From: Octopus sinensis
Lineage: Eukaryota
Length of the DNA stretch: 64,000 bases
Assembly (NCBI RefSeq): GCF_006345805.1
Contig: NC_043021.1
Span: 26,970,001-27,034,000, forward strand
Reading direction: 5' to 3'
The notes below the pieces were generated by a model, which saw nothing but the letters and a program-made list of their open reading frames with translations, was not told the DNA's origin and did not search any database. The position numbers and the translations under genes were made by a program. This document shows positions 12,250-24,995 of this stretch, in pieces (position 1 is the stretch's first letter; the number at the start of each line of letters is the position of its first letter).

Positions 12250-12627
12250 TGGAGGCACAATGGCCCAGTGGTCATAGGATCGTGGTCATAGGATCGTGGT
12301 TTCAATTCCCAGACTGGGTGTTGTGAGTGTTTATTGAGTGAAAACACTTAAAGCTCCATGAAGCTACAGCAGGTGGGGGTGGTGGCGAACCCTGCTGTAC
12401 TCTTTCACCACAACTTTCTCTCACTCTTTCTTCCTGTTTCTGTTATACCTGTATTTCAATGGGCCAGCCTCATCACACTCTCTGTCTCACTGAATCTCCC
12501 TGGGAACTTGTTAAGAGTACACATCTCTGTGGAATGCTCAGCCACTTGCACATTAATTTCATGAGCAGGCTGTTCCGTTGATTGGATCAGTTGGAACCCT
12601 CGTCGTCGTAACCAACGGAGTGCTGTA
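12250..12627 (+). mobile_element. tRNA-headed SINE family B
   Basis: GGAGGCACAATGGCCCAGTGG head, GTTTCAATTCC B-box-like motif; body matches the head at 24791. Confidence 0.7.
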
Positions 12628-12649
12628 GTAATATATATATATATATATA

Positions 12650-13472
12650 TCTTTCTTTTACTTTCTTTTACTTGTTTCAGTCATTTGACTGCGGCCATGC
12701 TGGAGCACCGCCTTTAGTCGAACAAATCGACCCCGGGACTTATTCTTTGTAAGTCCAGTACTTATTCTATTGGTCTCTTTTGCTGAACCGCTAAGTGATG
12801 GGGAAGTAAACACACCACAATCGGTTGTCAAGCAATGCTAGGGGGACAAACACAGACACACAAACATATACACACACATACACACATATATATATATACA
12901 CATATATGACAGGCTTCTTTCAGTTTCCGTCTACCAAATCCACTCACAGGAGTGGCTGTGTGGTAAGTAGCTTGCTTCTCAACTACATGGTTCTGGGTTC
13001 TGCCTCACTGCATGGCACCTTGGAAAAGTGTCTTCTACTATAGCCTTGGGCTGACCAAAGTCTTGTGAGTCGATTTGGTAGATGGAAACTGGAATCTTTT
13101 ACTTGTTTCAGTCATTTGACTACGGCCATGCTGGAGCACCACCTTTAATCGAGCAACTCGACCCGGGACTTATTCTTTGTAAGCTCAGTACTTATTCTAT
13201 CGGTCTCTTTTGCCGAACCGCTAAACGACGGGGACATAAACACACCAGCATCGGTTGTCAAGCAATGCTAGGGGGACAAACACAGACACACAAACACACA
13301 CGCACATATATATATATATACATATATACAACGGGCTTCTTTCAGTTTCCGTCTACTAAATCCACTCACAAGGTTTTGGTCGGCCTGAGGCTATAGTAGA
13401 AGACACTTGCCCAAGGTGCCACGGAACCATGTGGTTGGTAATCAAGCTACTTACCACACAGCCACTCCTGCT
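12650..13472. mobile_element. Cluster of three SINE family A pieces (-, +, -)
   Basis: Minus 3' half about 12650-12945, plus head about 12948-13090, near-full minus copy about 13095-13472. Confidence 0.85.
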
Positions 13473-13686
13473 TATATGCATATAAGTAGTCTCTATCATT
13501 ATATATAATTTAAACTTTAATTTCCTTTATATTTAACATTCACTATTAATATCCCTACTCTTTCTGTTAGCTACTTATGACGTTATATCATATAACGTTT
13601 TTTTAAACAATATTAATAGCGTTCTGTCAATCGCTATACAAATCCATCATTTTTTGCTAAAATGTCTTATTGATGAGTTTCGTTTT

Positions 13687-13782
13687 TTTTCACTTTCCTG
13701 AGGAGAAGATTGCATTGTTTATACCATTTATTCTTTTGAATAGTATCAGTGGAATTTTCGAAACATGTGTCGACAGTAAAAA
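13687..13782 (+). ncRNA. Type I hammerhead ribozyme of the Penelope pseudo-LTR type
   Basis: CTGAGGA 13698-13704; helix II GAAGATT/AATTTTC; GAAAC-ATGT-GTC 13760-13771; helix I 9 of 11 pairs. Confidence 0.65.
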
Positions 13783-14001
13783 TATTTGATTACGCCTGCG
13801 TTAACTCCATTTTTTTATTCATATTATTCAAAATATTCAACATAAACACAAAGTTTCTACCTTTATAAACAAGGAGTTACAACACCTTTACTTGTGAGAT
13901 TTTTGCTGCCCTGGTAACTATTTATTTATTTTTTCTGAGTTAATTGTTAACAAGGTAAAAATACACTCATCTATTTATAATATATGTATATATATATATA
14001 T

Positions 14002-14049
<48 letters not shown>

Positions 14050-14280
14050 TTGTGTGTATGTGTTTGTGTTTGTTCCCCTGCCATCACTTGACAACTGATG
14101 CTGGTGTGTTTATGTTCCCGTAACTTAGCAGTTCGGCAAAAAACTGATAGAATAAGTGCTATGCTTACAAAGCATAAATTCTGTGGTCGATTTCTTTGAC
14201 AAACACCCTTTAAGGTGGTGCTCCAGCCTGGCCACGGTCAAATGATTCAAACAAATAAAAAAATAAAAGAATAAAAGAAT
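14050..14280 (+). mobile_element. SINE family A, 3' half
   Basis: cttgacaactgatg..gatagaataagtg..ggtggtgctccagcctggcc tail. Confidence 0.75.
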
Positions 14281-14395
14281 ACACATATATTTTTTTATTG
14301 GTTATTTTGGTTATTTTGTGTGTGTATTATTAAAACAAATATTTATGTTTACAAATAGGAAAGAAAATTCCATTCTCTCTCTCTCTCTCTGTATG

Positions 14396-14453
<58 letters not shown>

Positions 14454-14739
14454 GTATATATATATGTATATATACATACATATATATATGGTAATTTATA
14501 TGTATGATCCTTTTGAGCTTTCTATTGTATGTCCATATATAGACATGATAAAATCCTCAAAAATATGAGCTGAGTTTAGCAAATAGCTGGTAGCACTGTA
14601 TATGTTCCGGCAGTTTTGTTGACTTACTAATATTTAAGAGAGGTGGGGTATGCCTGAGGGACTTGCCCTACATTTATATTAAAAAAAAAAGTCACTCATA
14701 TATATATGCATGTGTTTTATATATATATATATCTTTTAT

Positions 14740-15010
14740 CTTCCATCTTTTACTGATTTCAGCCAGAGGCTGGTGCCATACTAGATTATTGCATTGCAGT
14801 GTATTTGGGTTTCTTTCCTGTACTGTTTTTAGTGAAGGAGTGACATGGATGGAGCTGCTATTCTTCCAGATATATATCACTGCATATTTTTCATGCCTTC
14901 TCTCTAGAGAGTAGAGCTTCACTTCCTTTAGCCTTTTCCTGTAACTCATCTCTTTCACAGAGTTGATATTCTTTGTGTTGTGGCACTGGATTGCCTCCAC
15001 TTCTGCCACT
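14740..15010 (-). mobile_element. CR1-group LINE 3' fragment
   Basis: EAIQ..TKNINSVKEMSY.KRLKEVKLYSLERRHEKYAVIYIWK, homologous to 56280-56420. Confidence 0.75.
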
Positions 15011-15446
15011 ATGGTCAATATACTTGGGAGCAGTAATCCAGATGACTGAGAATGAAAGTTCTCCATAGCAGTAGCATGGCATCCTTTTTCCTGCTTCTGA
15101 ATGATCTCAGAATCCATTCAGCTATTCACTTGTACAGTGTTGCCATTTTGGTAATATGCACATGGAATGTTGCATCATTACTCATGTGGATTCACAGGTC
15201 ATGCACCAACTTTGACTCTCGGATTGCACTACTCCATGCTCCTGTGTATTCTGATTGTAGTCTGTCTGCAGGCCAATGGTGGAGTGCTTAACACTTCTCA
15301 GCATTCAACTGAATGTTTTGATCATTTGTATATTGCATATCGGCTATTTTGCAGTTTTAGCAGTGTCATCAGAGTCCTTGACCATACATACATACATACA
15401 TACATACATACATACATGCATATATATATATATGTATATATGTATG

Positions 15447-15477
<31 letters not shown>

Positions 15478-15508
15478 GTATATATGAATATATATATGTA
15501 TATATATT

Positions 15509-15563
<55 letters not shown>

Positions 15564-15792
15564 CATTGCTATTATGCAAAAGTGTCATAAGTCCAAAACA
15601 TTGCTTTTTCAGAAAACAAAAAATAGTTTCATCATTCCATAGCAAAACCATTGTACTATGCTTTGACAGTTTTTAATATCTTGGTAGCTGAAACAGTTGG
15701 AGATACGATAGTTTGTCCAAAAGAACCAGCTATTGCAAGCATAAATAAATATTGAAAAAAATGCATTTGTTCAAATTTGGGTGCAAGCCTAA

Positions 15793-17040
15793 TATTAGGA
15801 TGTCTCATGAAATGTTGCATTTGAAAAATGAAATATTAAAATTGTTTTTTAAGTTTTAGAATATTTATTTATTTAATCAAAATATGATCCTTGTTTATTT
15901 ATGACCTTCATCCAAATGTTCCTCCAAGGCATATATTCCATCTTCAAAGGATTTGTCATCTTTTACTCAGATAAACTGCTCGAATGCTTCAGTTATCTCT
16001 TCTTTATTTAAGAATGTTTTATTGCATATAGCAAGCTGGAAGTATTTAAATATGTGATAATCAGTTGGAGAGATATCAGGAGAATAAGGAGGATGTGCCA
16101 AAATATCATAATTCAGGCTTTGCAACTTGTAGACTGTAGCTTGAGAAGTGTGAGGCTGTGCATTATTATGATGTAAAATTGAGCCAACTCTATTCACTAA
16201 TCTGGCTTGTTTCTTTTTAAATTTTTCATGCATACAATCAATTTCCTGACACTAGGATGTTGCTGTTACAGTTTTTCCTTGTTGCAAAAATGAATAATGA
16301 ATAACCCCCTTTGTTGACCCCACACAGTGACCATCAACTTTTTAGGATGTAATGGTGGTTTTGGTGACTCTCCTGCATCTAACCACTGTCCTGTCCTCCT
16401 GCTGTTATCAAAGAGTATCCATTTCTCATCACACATAATGAGTTAATACAAAAATGGTTCTCTTTTCAACCGAGAAATCAACATGGAACACACTGGAAGG
16501 CGTATGTTTCTTTGAATCACATTAAGTTGATGAGAAACAAATCTATGCATCTTTTTGACTTAACTAATTTTCTTCAAGTGTCGAGAAGCAGTTGTTGCAG
16601 GAGATGTCAGGAGCTCTGATCTGATTTCTCAGACTGTTGTTCTTGGATTTTATTTAACCAAAGCATTCAATTCATCATGCCGAATAACTGATTTTCATCT
16701 CCCTCTTGGTTCATTTTAAAGGCTTTCATTTCCTGAACGAAATCCTTGGAACCATCTCTGAATGGTTCTAATGTCAACAGAATCATTACCAAAAGCTTGC
16801 TTGATGTTTTGTAGAGCTTTGGTGGCAGAGTGACCCAACTTGTATTTGTACAAGAACATCAGTTGTTAACATTCTCAGAGGAGCTGTGGGTAGCAAATTT
16901 GAATAATAGCTTTGTCTAGAAAGAAAATGAGTTAAGAGTATACATAAAGATATACATTGAAGTCTCATTAAAAATTCATTTATAGATGACTCATAAGAAA
17001 GCCATTTAAAATATAACACTTCATGTGAGACAACCTAATA
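15793..17040 (-). mobile_element. mariner (DD34D) transposon, decayed
   Basis: TIRs TATTAGG(A/T)TGTCTCA..TGAA at both ends; CDEKWIL, then HHNNAQPH..HPPYSPDISPTDYH with 34-residue spacing (second D mutated to N). Confidence 0.88.
15967..16233 (-). pseudogene. mariner transposase catalytic fragment
   Basis: ORF track: ILHHNNAQPH..HPPYSPDISPTDYHIF. Confidence 0.88.
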
Positions 17041-17250
17041 CTTATTCTGTTGGTCTTTTGTTGAACCACTAAGTTACAGGGAGATAAACACACCAGCATC
17101 GGTTGTCAAGCGATGGCAGGGGACAAACACAAACATGCACACACACATATATATGGCAGGATTTTTCCAGTTTCCGTCTACCAAATCCACTCACAAGGCT
17201 TCGGTCAGCCCACGACTATAGTAAAAAAACACTTGCCCAAGCACTGTGAC
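17030..17250 (-). mobile_element. SINE family A fragment
   Basis: ggttgtcaagc..cagtttccgtctaccaaatccactcacaagg. Confidence 0.7.
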
Positions 17251-17685
17251 ACCAATGGAAGAAGTGTGTGGACCATAAGGGAGACTACATTGAAAAATAA
17301 ACCTCATTTGGTCAGATTCCATGAGAGGATCTTGGTCAGCCTATGAACTTTTCAGCTAACCGTCATATATGTCAGCATCATCATTTTAATGTTCACTTTT
17401 TAGTGATTGCATGGATCAGTTAAATTGGTTGAGGCAAATTTGATATATGGCTGGATGCCCTACCTGTCACCAACCTTCACATGTTTCCAACTAAGGTAAT
17501 CTTTCCTCATAACCAAAAATGTTTTCCCAGTTGATTGGAAATGCAGGACATTGCTTGTATTACAGTGGCATTCATTTATGACATTCATGTAGTGTCAAGT
17601 CAACATACACATATCCTACAGGTTTCATTCAGTTTCTACCAACCTCTAAATTCACTCACAAGGCTTTGCTCAACACACGTTCTAA

Positions 17686-17723
<38 letters not shown>

Positions 17724-18613
17724 TGTGTGCATGTGTGTGTGTGTGTCTATCTATGTACCTATTAAATGCTTCCTTATGGCATGTACCTAGGATTCTTGGT
17801 ACTCATTGAAAATGGATAGGGATACTGAATTATAATCCATGGTGTAGGCAAATGTTGCACCACTCTGAGCATTTATGATACTTATGAGATTTGAAAATGA
17901 AATTGGAAATGCTTAAAGAAAAGAGAAGAGAAGGTAGAACATGTGATATAGTGAATAGGACTGAGGTGTTGAATACAGGAAAAATGCAGAAGACAACCAC
18001 ATGCAGTTAGAATGGAAACCATATGCACTCATATGTATATATATATATATAATTGATCAAAATAAAAACATGATGCGAAGGATTCAGCGGTACATATGTT
18101 TCGGGCCTTTATTAGACAGATTTATAACAATGCATAATGTATGTCTGTGGCCTTCTTCAGCCGCGCACAACAGCTTCCACAAGGACATGTGTTACATCAA
18201 AAATTTCTGGTTGGGGATGCAAATCCTCTCATTCGCGTACGACATAATGCGGCAGCAGCATAGAATTGAAGCGTCCATCTCTTTCTTCTCTCAATGTAGA
18301 ATGAGGAAAATTGGATGTTGAAGTAATGTAAATAAATAAATACATATATAGACGTGAAGATGGAGGGGCGAGAATTCAGGATGAGGGATAAAAAATGTAT
18401 AAAAAGTGTAAGTATAGAAAAATATAAAAATGTAGAGCATAAAGATATAAAGAGGTATAAGGAAATGTAAAGGGGGTATAAAGAATATAAAGAAATATAA
18501 AGATACACACACACACACAGAGGCTCGAAACATAAAAGACTTACTCACCTTCCTGAGCATCAAGCACGCCTGCTTGTTGTTTATACACCTGTCTTCATCT
18601 TTTGTTTTTCTAT

Positions 18614-18650
<37 letters not shown>

Positions 18651-18689
18651 CAGAGTGGCCTGAGGGTAACCAGCTTAAAAAATACCTGA

Positions 18690-18870
18690 CCCACTTTGTA
18701 AAGTGGTTGGCATTAGGAAGGACATCCAACCATAAAAATCCCAGCCAAAACAGACAGTGAAGCCTGGTGCAGTCTCCTGGCTTGCCAGCTCATGTCAAAC
18801 TGTCCAGTATGGAAAACCAGAGTTAAATGATGATAATGATGTTAATGATGATGATGATGAAGATGATGAT
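18690..18870 (+). mobile_element. RTE-type 3' end fragment with (GAT)n tail
   Basis: gtggttggcattaggaagg..atgatgatg matches the RTE 3'UTR. Confidence 0.6.
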
Positions 18871-19178
18871 GACACATATATATTTAGTCAAATGTTTGTT
18901 TAATCAATACTAACCTGAAGCTGAACAAGCCATCAGTTTCTTTTAGAGGGAAGCTAATTTAATTTGATAACAGTCTTTTAAAAGATTGCTTTAATAATAG
19001 ATGTTGTGCCCCTCTGGTCGGCAATATCAATTAAATGTATAAAAATAAATTTCTGCTATATTTAAATAGTTATTTTTGTTTGTTGGCACAATGTATTTTA
19101 TGTATCTGTACATGTCTATCTGTCTGTCGGTATGTCTGGTTGTATATCTCTTGCTTTCTCTATCTCCATGTATAAATA

Positions 19179-20778
19179 TCTCTATATATATAAAACTGAG
19201 AATGTGTGTCTGTCTGTCTGTCTGTCTGTGTGTTTCCCTAAAACTTGAGAACTACGCAACCAATTTCATTCAAATTTTACACATGCCTTACTTAGGGTCC
19301 ATGTAGTTTCATGGGCAAAAAAAAGTTCAACTTCTTGCCTAGGTCGAGCCCATAGCAATATCATATCTTCTCCACTATTTCAGTATTACGTGTTAAAAGT
19401 GAAATAAAAACATTTCTCTATTTTATGTCAGATACTTTCACTTTAACAATAAACATTAGAGATAATAATAACAATTGAATTATATGTAGTAAGTAATAAT
19501 TAAAATCAAACTAAATGATAATATAATCGTAACATAACAAAAGTAAAAATAGCAATTGGTATAAAATTGCATCAATGACTTGAACTTGAGTAAGTGGTTT
19601 CACATTAATGGGAATAAATTGAAAATAAAATTAGTGTGCAGAAATGGAAAAGTCCAGATGGAGCTGTGCACATACCTTTTACCACAGATTTGACATTAGA
19701 TTATCTGCTAATTAGCTAGCATTAAGTATCTATATGAAGTTTGGCTGTATGTAATGTCTGTTTTCTCGAACAGCCGCTTATACTGAGTACTGCTGTTGGT
19801 TTACTTCTTATACATAAAGGACTATAGCCTCAACTACGTACTGCTTTTTGATTCACCGTAAAGTTTGTTGTTATTATTATTAGTGTTTAACTATTGTTAT
19901 CACATTTGTTGGTTCCTCGAAAGGGAAATGTTGTTGTGTTACATTTGTTAAATAATTGTAAACCGTAACCCTCCCCCTTTGGGAGAAAGAGCTTTGGTTA
20001 TTGTTTAAAAATTGAATTGTGTCCCTGTTTGGTGAAACTGACAATATTTTCACCGTTTATACGGAAGCATTTTTGTTAGAATGCCTTCGATAGAAGAAAG
20101 TCCAAAAAGGAATTTCGCTGCAGTTGTCGGCGGGCGCAAACTCATTAAAATTAAAATGGAAGAAATACAAACCTATTTTGGATTGATCACCGACAAAGAC
20201 GGTGAATCTAGGATAACACCACCAAACGAAATAAAAAATTAAATTGAAGAAAAGACTATTGTAAGTATACAATGTAGAGAGAAAAAAAGATTTGAACACC
20301 TGGAGGAAAGCACCATTGAAAGTGTCTTGGTGTGACTATGAAAGATATGTAACCAGATTCACCACAATAGAAGCAAGGTTCGAGTCAATGGAGCGTGCAA
20401 GGAAGTACTCAACTCGAACCTTGCATAGTGGAAATATTATATTTTTACCTTTATATCTGGGACGTAGGACGTCCCGGATAAAAATTTAAAATGTTCCCCC
20501 AGAAGTAGAGGTAGGCTGGATTGTAGCCACACTTCTATACAAGAGGGAGGACAAGATACAATTGATCGAAATTGCAAGAGACAGGCCTACAATTCCAGTC
20601 TGTTATATATTTTGAGTATTGTTATCACTAGCGATATCAAGATATAACATTGTATTTTGAATTTTATGTGTAGATGTATATATATAGATGTACATGTAAT
20701 ATGTATACATATATATATACACATATATATATACATGCACTAGCACTATGACCTGGCAATGACGGGTCATAATGCTAG
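19179..20778 (+). mobile_element. Non-autonomous Helitron family 1, copy 1 (3' end duplicated to 20989)
   Basis: 5' TC(TA)nTAAAACTGAG plus (TCTG)n; 3' inverted repeat CTAGCACTATGACC..GGTCATAATGCTAG ending CTAG followed by T; paralogue at 57251-59385. Confidence 0.8.
20081..20610 (+). pseudogene. Tx1-type ORF1 N-terminal fragment inside the Helitron
   Basis: RNFAAVV..IEEKTIV..RFTTIEARF..ARKYSTRTLHS..PLYLGRRTSRIKI.NVP..WI aligns by eye with ORF1 of both Tx1 elements in this window. Confidence 0.75.
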
Positions 20779-21748
20779 TATATATTACATATATATATAC
20801 TCACACACATATAAATACATACATATGTATTGTTATCACTAGCGATATCAAGATATAACATTGTATTTTGAATTTTATGTGTAGATGTATATATATAGAT
20901 GTACATGTAATATGTATACATATATATATACACATATATATATACATGCACTAGCACTATGACCTGGCAATGACGGGTCATAATGCTAGTATATATTACA
21001 TATATATATACTCACACACATATAAATACATACATACACACACATATGTGTGTGTATGTGTATGTATGTATGTGTATATATATATATACATATACATATA
21101 TATGTGTGTGTGTGTGTGTGTGGTTTTGTGTGTCTGTAATTTGTTTAGCTGGACACCAAAAAGTAAGTTGTGGTTGACTATTGACATTGCCAAACCTCAC
21201 CTAATATTACTTAGTTTCATATCCAGCAAAGAAAGAAAGAAAGAAAGAAAGAAAGGAAAATGTTTAAGCTACCTAACTTTATACTAAAAGAAAATGCTTC
21301 CTCTCAGCGAAAGAAAAACATCACCATCATTAGAAGTAACAAGGGATCTACCAATAAATAAAATTAGAAGATTTCATTATATTTTAGCTCTTGTCTTTTA
21401 TTTGTTTCAGTGATTGAACTGTGGCCATGCTGGAGTATGGGTCTGAACAGTTTTAGTCAATCAAATCAATCCTAGTGCTTAGGTTTATTTTCGGTATTTT
21501 TAAACTTCAATATTTATTCCATCAATTTCTCTTTGGCAAACTGATAACTTGCTAAATGAACACAGGTTAGCCAGTGGTGGCAGAGGGGAAGTCACTAATA
21601 CAGACGCAAAGACACACACAGATCTATCTATCTATCTATCTATCTATCTCTTTCTTTCCCTCCCCATATATATATATATATATACTCTTTAACTTTTTAA
21701 CCTTTTAACTAGTTTTAGCTTGAAAGCTGAAGCCATGCTGGGGCATCA

Positions 21749-21815
<67 letters not shown>

Positions 21816-21816
<1 letters not shown>

Positions 21817-23475
21817 TAGCAGAGTTACCCGTGTTGCCCATGTTACATGCAATTGAAGAATTAGACTTTTCTGTTATATTTTCTCTAATGAACTGGAATA
21901 TCTATGTTTCGAATTTCATCAAAATTGCAGATGAGGGTTATTTCCCTCTTTACACTCCCCCAAAAAATTGTAATCGTGCCACATATATCCCATACTACTG
22001 ATTTTTATGCGCATATTCCAAAATTCCAGTCTTATTGAACCTGTTAAAAAGATTTTGCTCCTGAAAAATGAAGGTCATGGAGCTCTAAAATGTGAGAGTT
22101 AAGGCCCCTGTTGGGGGTGGGCATCTTAATGTCAACCACAGAAGTTGAATTGTTGAGAATCTTTTTAACTTGGGTCGTATATCTATTGTTTGAATTTCTT
22201 TGAAATAGGAAATATATGTTCACTGGGTTTGTAAAAGAGAGCAAAGCTACAGGAAACCAAAAGATGAATGATCACAATAAGCAGTCAGCTACAGTACCCT
22301 AGTCGTTACCACCCCCAATGTAGTATTCCTTACCATCCAGGTGACAGGCACAGCCGTAAGATGCATTACAGATCTATAGCAATTGGAAGAGCGTGACCCA
22401 ACTGAAATAAACATTAACAACTGTGTGACATGGGAGCTAAGAAGAAATGAAAGTTGGGGTTTGCAAATGACCACTATACTGATATGTAACTGGACAGAAT
22501 AAATTTACAATCTATAAATGTCTTTGAATAACCAGTCACTCATCTGGGAAGGCCTTGAAATCAATGTTACCATGTTTGACCCAGTGATAATAAAAAGACT
22601 GAAAGGAGGTCTGCAATCAAATAACTTTACTCAACACTTTGCAACTGAATCAGTGGAGGCAAAGATGCCTCTCATTTACTTGACAATTTATGCAGCACAT
22701 TGCAGAAATCACAATGTAAGTGTATGTCAAAGCAAACTGTTACACTGTTGTACCATTGAATTAGAAATAATGCTCATCTTTTGTGCTCGGGTGACACTAC
22801 AGCTTCCAAAAGTACAACTGTATTCGTCTTTGCTTAGGTAAAATGACTAAATTGTGGGTGTTAAATCCCCATGAAGGGGTCTTTGTAACTTGTAAGAAGA
22901 TGAAATTTTATAAATATTACTTCATTTGTATCTAATATGTATGGTTAAAATTTCATCAACAGCAAAAATAAATGAATTTTCATGGGGGTTATGGCCCTTA
23001 TGCAGAGAATATAATTTCCAAATTTCATAAAGATCTATTCAGTACTTTTGACTTAGTTTTGGATCATAAAAGAAATGACTAAAATTTGGGAGTTAAGGCC
23101 CCCATTAGGGTGTCTTAGAATCCTCATGTGAAGTGGAAACTTTGAGAATACTTCTTGATGTGTGTCATTGATTGGTTGAAATTTCATCAACATCGAAAAT
23201 TTATGAATTTTCATGGGGGGTTTGCCCCCTTTAAGTCATCTGAAATTCAAACCAAACATATTGCATTATACCTGCCCTTATGCATTGAATCTAAGTTTCA
23301 AATATCATAAGGATCCATTCAGTAATTTTGGTCCATGAAAGTGTATGAAACACACAGCATTTCTCTTCTCCCTAGGCTTGGATTTTATGTTCCAAATTTC
23401 ATTATGATCGGTGCAGCAGTTTTCGAATGTATAAGTAATACACAAACAGATAAAGACATTGACTTTGATATAAAA
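21816..23475 (-). mobile_element. Non-autonomous Helitron family 2, copy 1
   Basis: Minus 3' end CTAG-T with a decayed GC hairpin; internal subrepeats; paralogue at 45146-46890. Confidence 0.55.
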
Positions 23476-23639
23476 ATATGAATGTGCACATATATATATA
23501 TACATGTATACATATATGTGTGTGTGTGTATTATATATATATATATATTTATATACTACACTCTCGGAGTGGTTGGCATTAGGAAGGGCATCCAGCTGTA
23601 GAAACTCTGCCAAAAATATGAGACACTGCCTATTGTTTT

Positions 23640-23950
23640 TTTTTTATTTTGATAAGCCTGCTACTTATTCTGTCAGTTTCTTGCGAAACCAGTAAGTTAT
23701 GGGGATGTAAATAAATGAGCAGCAGCTGTGGAGCAGTGATGAGGGAGAAACACAAAGACACACACATAGACTTACATATATACATACATATATATACGAT
23801 TGATTTCTTTCTGTTTCTGTTTACAAAATCCACTGACAAGACTTTGGTTAGTCTGAGGCTATAGCAGAAGACACATACCAAGTCAACACACAGTGGGACT
23901 AAACCCATGTGTTTTGGAATGAAGCTTGTTACCACACAGCCACATCTGCA
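23640..23950 (-). mobile_element. SINE family A, decayed
   Basis: Reverse complement of the family A body and head. Confidence 0.65.
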
Positions 23951-24309
23951 CTTGTGTATGTGTGTAAGGATGTATATATGTATGCATGTATATATGTGTA
24001 TATATATGTGTACATATTACATGTACATCTATATATATACACATCTACACATATACATGTATACATACACATCTATACATATACAGCTATACATATACAT
24101 GTATACATCTATATATATATATATATACATGTATATATACATCCATATATATATACATGTATATATCTTAGAAGAAGATCCACTATGGTCTTACTATTCC
24201 TTTGTTAGTGGTAAGACCATAGCGGATCTTCTTCTAGCAAAATGGATGTCCACTAACAGTTCATCCCTCTTTCACTTTAATAGTTTCAGTATTAAAGTGA
24301 AACTATTAA

Positions 24310-24563
24310 AATGAAAGCATCTGACAATACTATAGAGAGATGTTTTTGTTTCACTTTTAACACGTAATACTGAATCAGTGGAGAAGATATGATATTGCTT
24401 TGGGCTCACCCTAGGCAAGAAGTTAAAAATGTTTTTGCTCATGACACTACATGGACCCTAAGTAAGGCATGTGTAAAATTTGGTTGTGTAGTTCTCAAGT
24501 TTTAGAGATTCACACAGACACACAGACCGACAGACTCACATTCTCAGTTTTATATATACAGAT
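24310..24563 (-). mobile_element. Helitron family 1 5' fragment
   Basis: Reverse complement of 19185-19440 (cacattctcagttttatatata end). Confidence 0.75.
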
Positions 24564-24713
24564 ATATATTTACTGTGAAGCACTGTGTACAATATATTGT
24601 ATAAAAGAACGTAGGTAAGGCCAAAACAATGTGAAGTAAATGCAAGTTAAATCACAAGAAAACAAATATGTGAATTAATGTAGACTTACCTTGTATTCAA
24701 TATTTCCCCATCC

Positions 24714-24776
24714 TCAAGAAATTGACGAATCTTGCCGATGTGTGAGGCACATCGGCAACATTCATGAATTTCTTGA
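24714..24776. other. 63-nt hairpin (29-bp stem, 3 mismatches, 5-nt loop)
   Basis: TCAAGAAATTGACGAATCTTGCCGATGTG / CACATCGGCAACATTCATGAATTTCTTGA. Confidence 0.9.
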
Positions 24777-24790
24777 TCTTTTATACAACA

Positions 24791-24995
24791 TGGAGGCGCA
24801 ATGGCCTAGTGGTTAGGGCAGCGGACTTGCGGTCGGAGGATTGCGGTTTCGATTCCCAGACCGGGCGTTGTGTGTGTTTATTGAGCGAAAAAAACACTAA
24901 AAGCTCCACGAGGCTCCGGCAGGAGGTGGTGATCCCTGCTGTATCTAAAGGCGGTGCTCCAGCATGGCGCAGTCAAATGACTGAAAAGTACAAAA

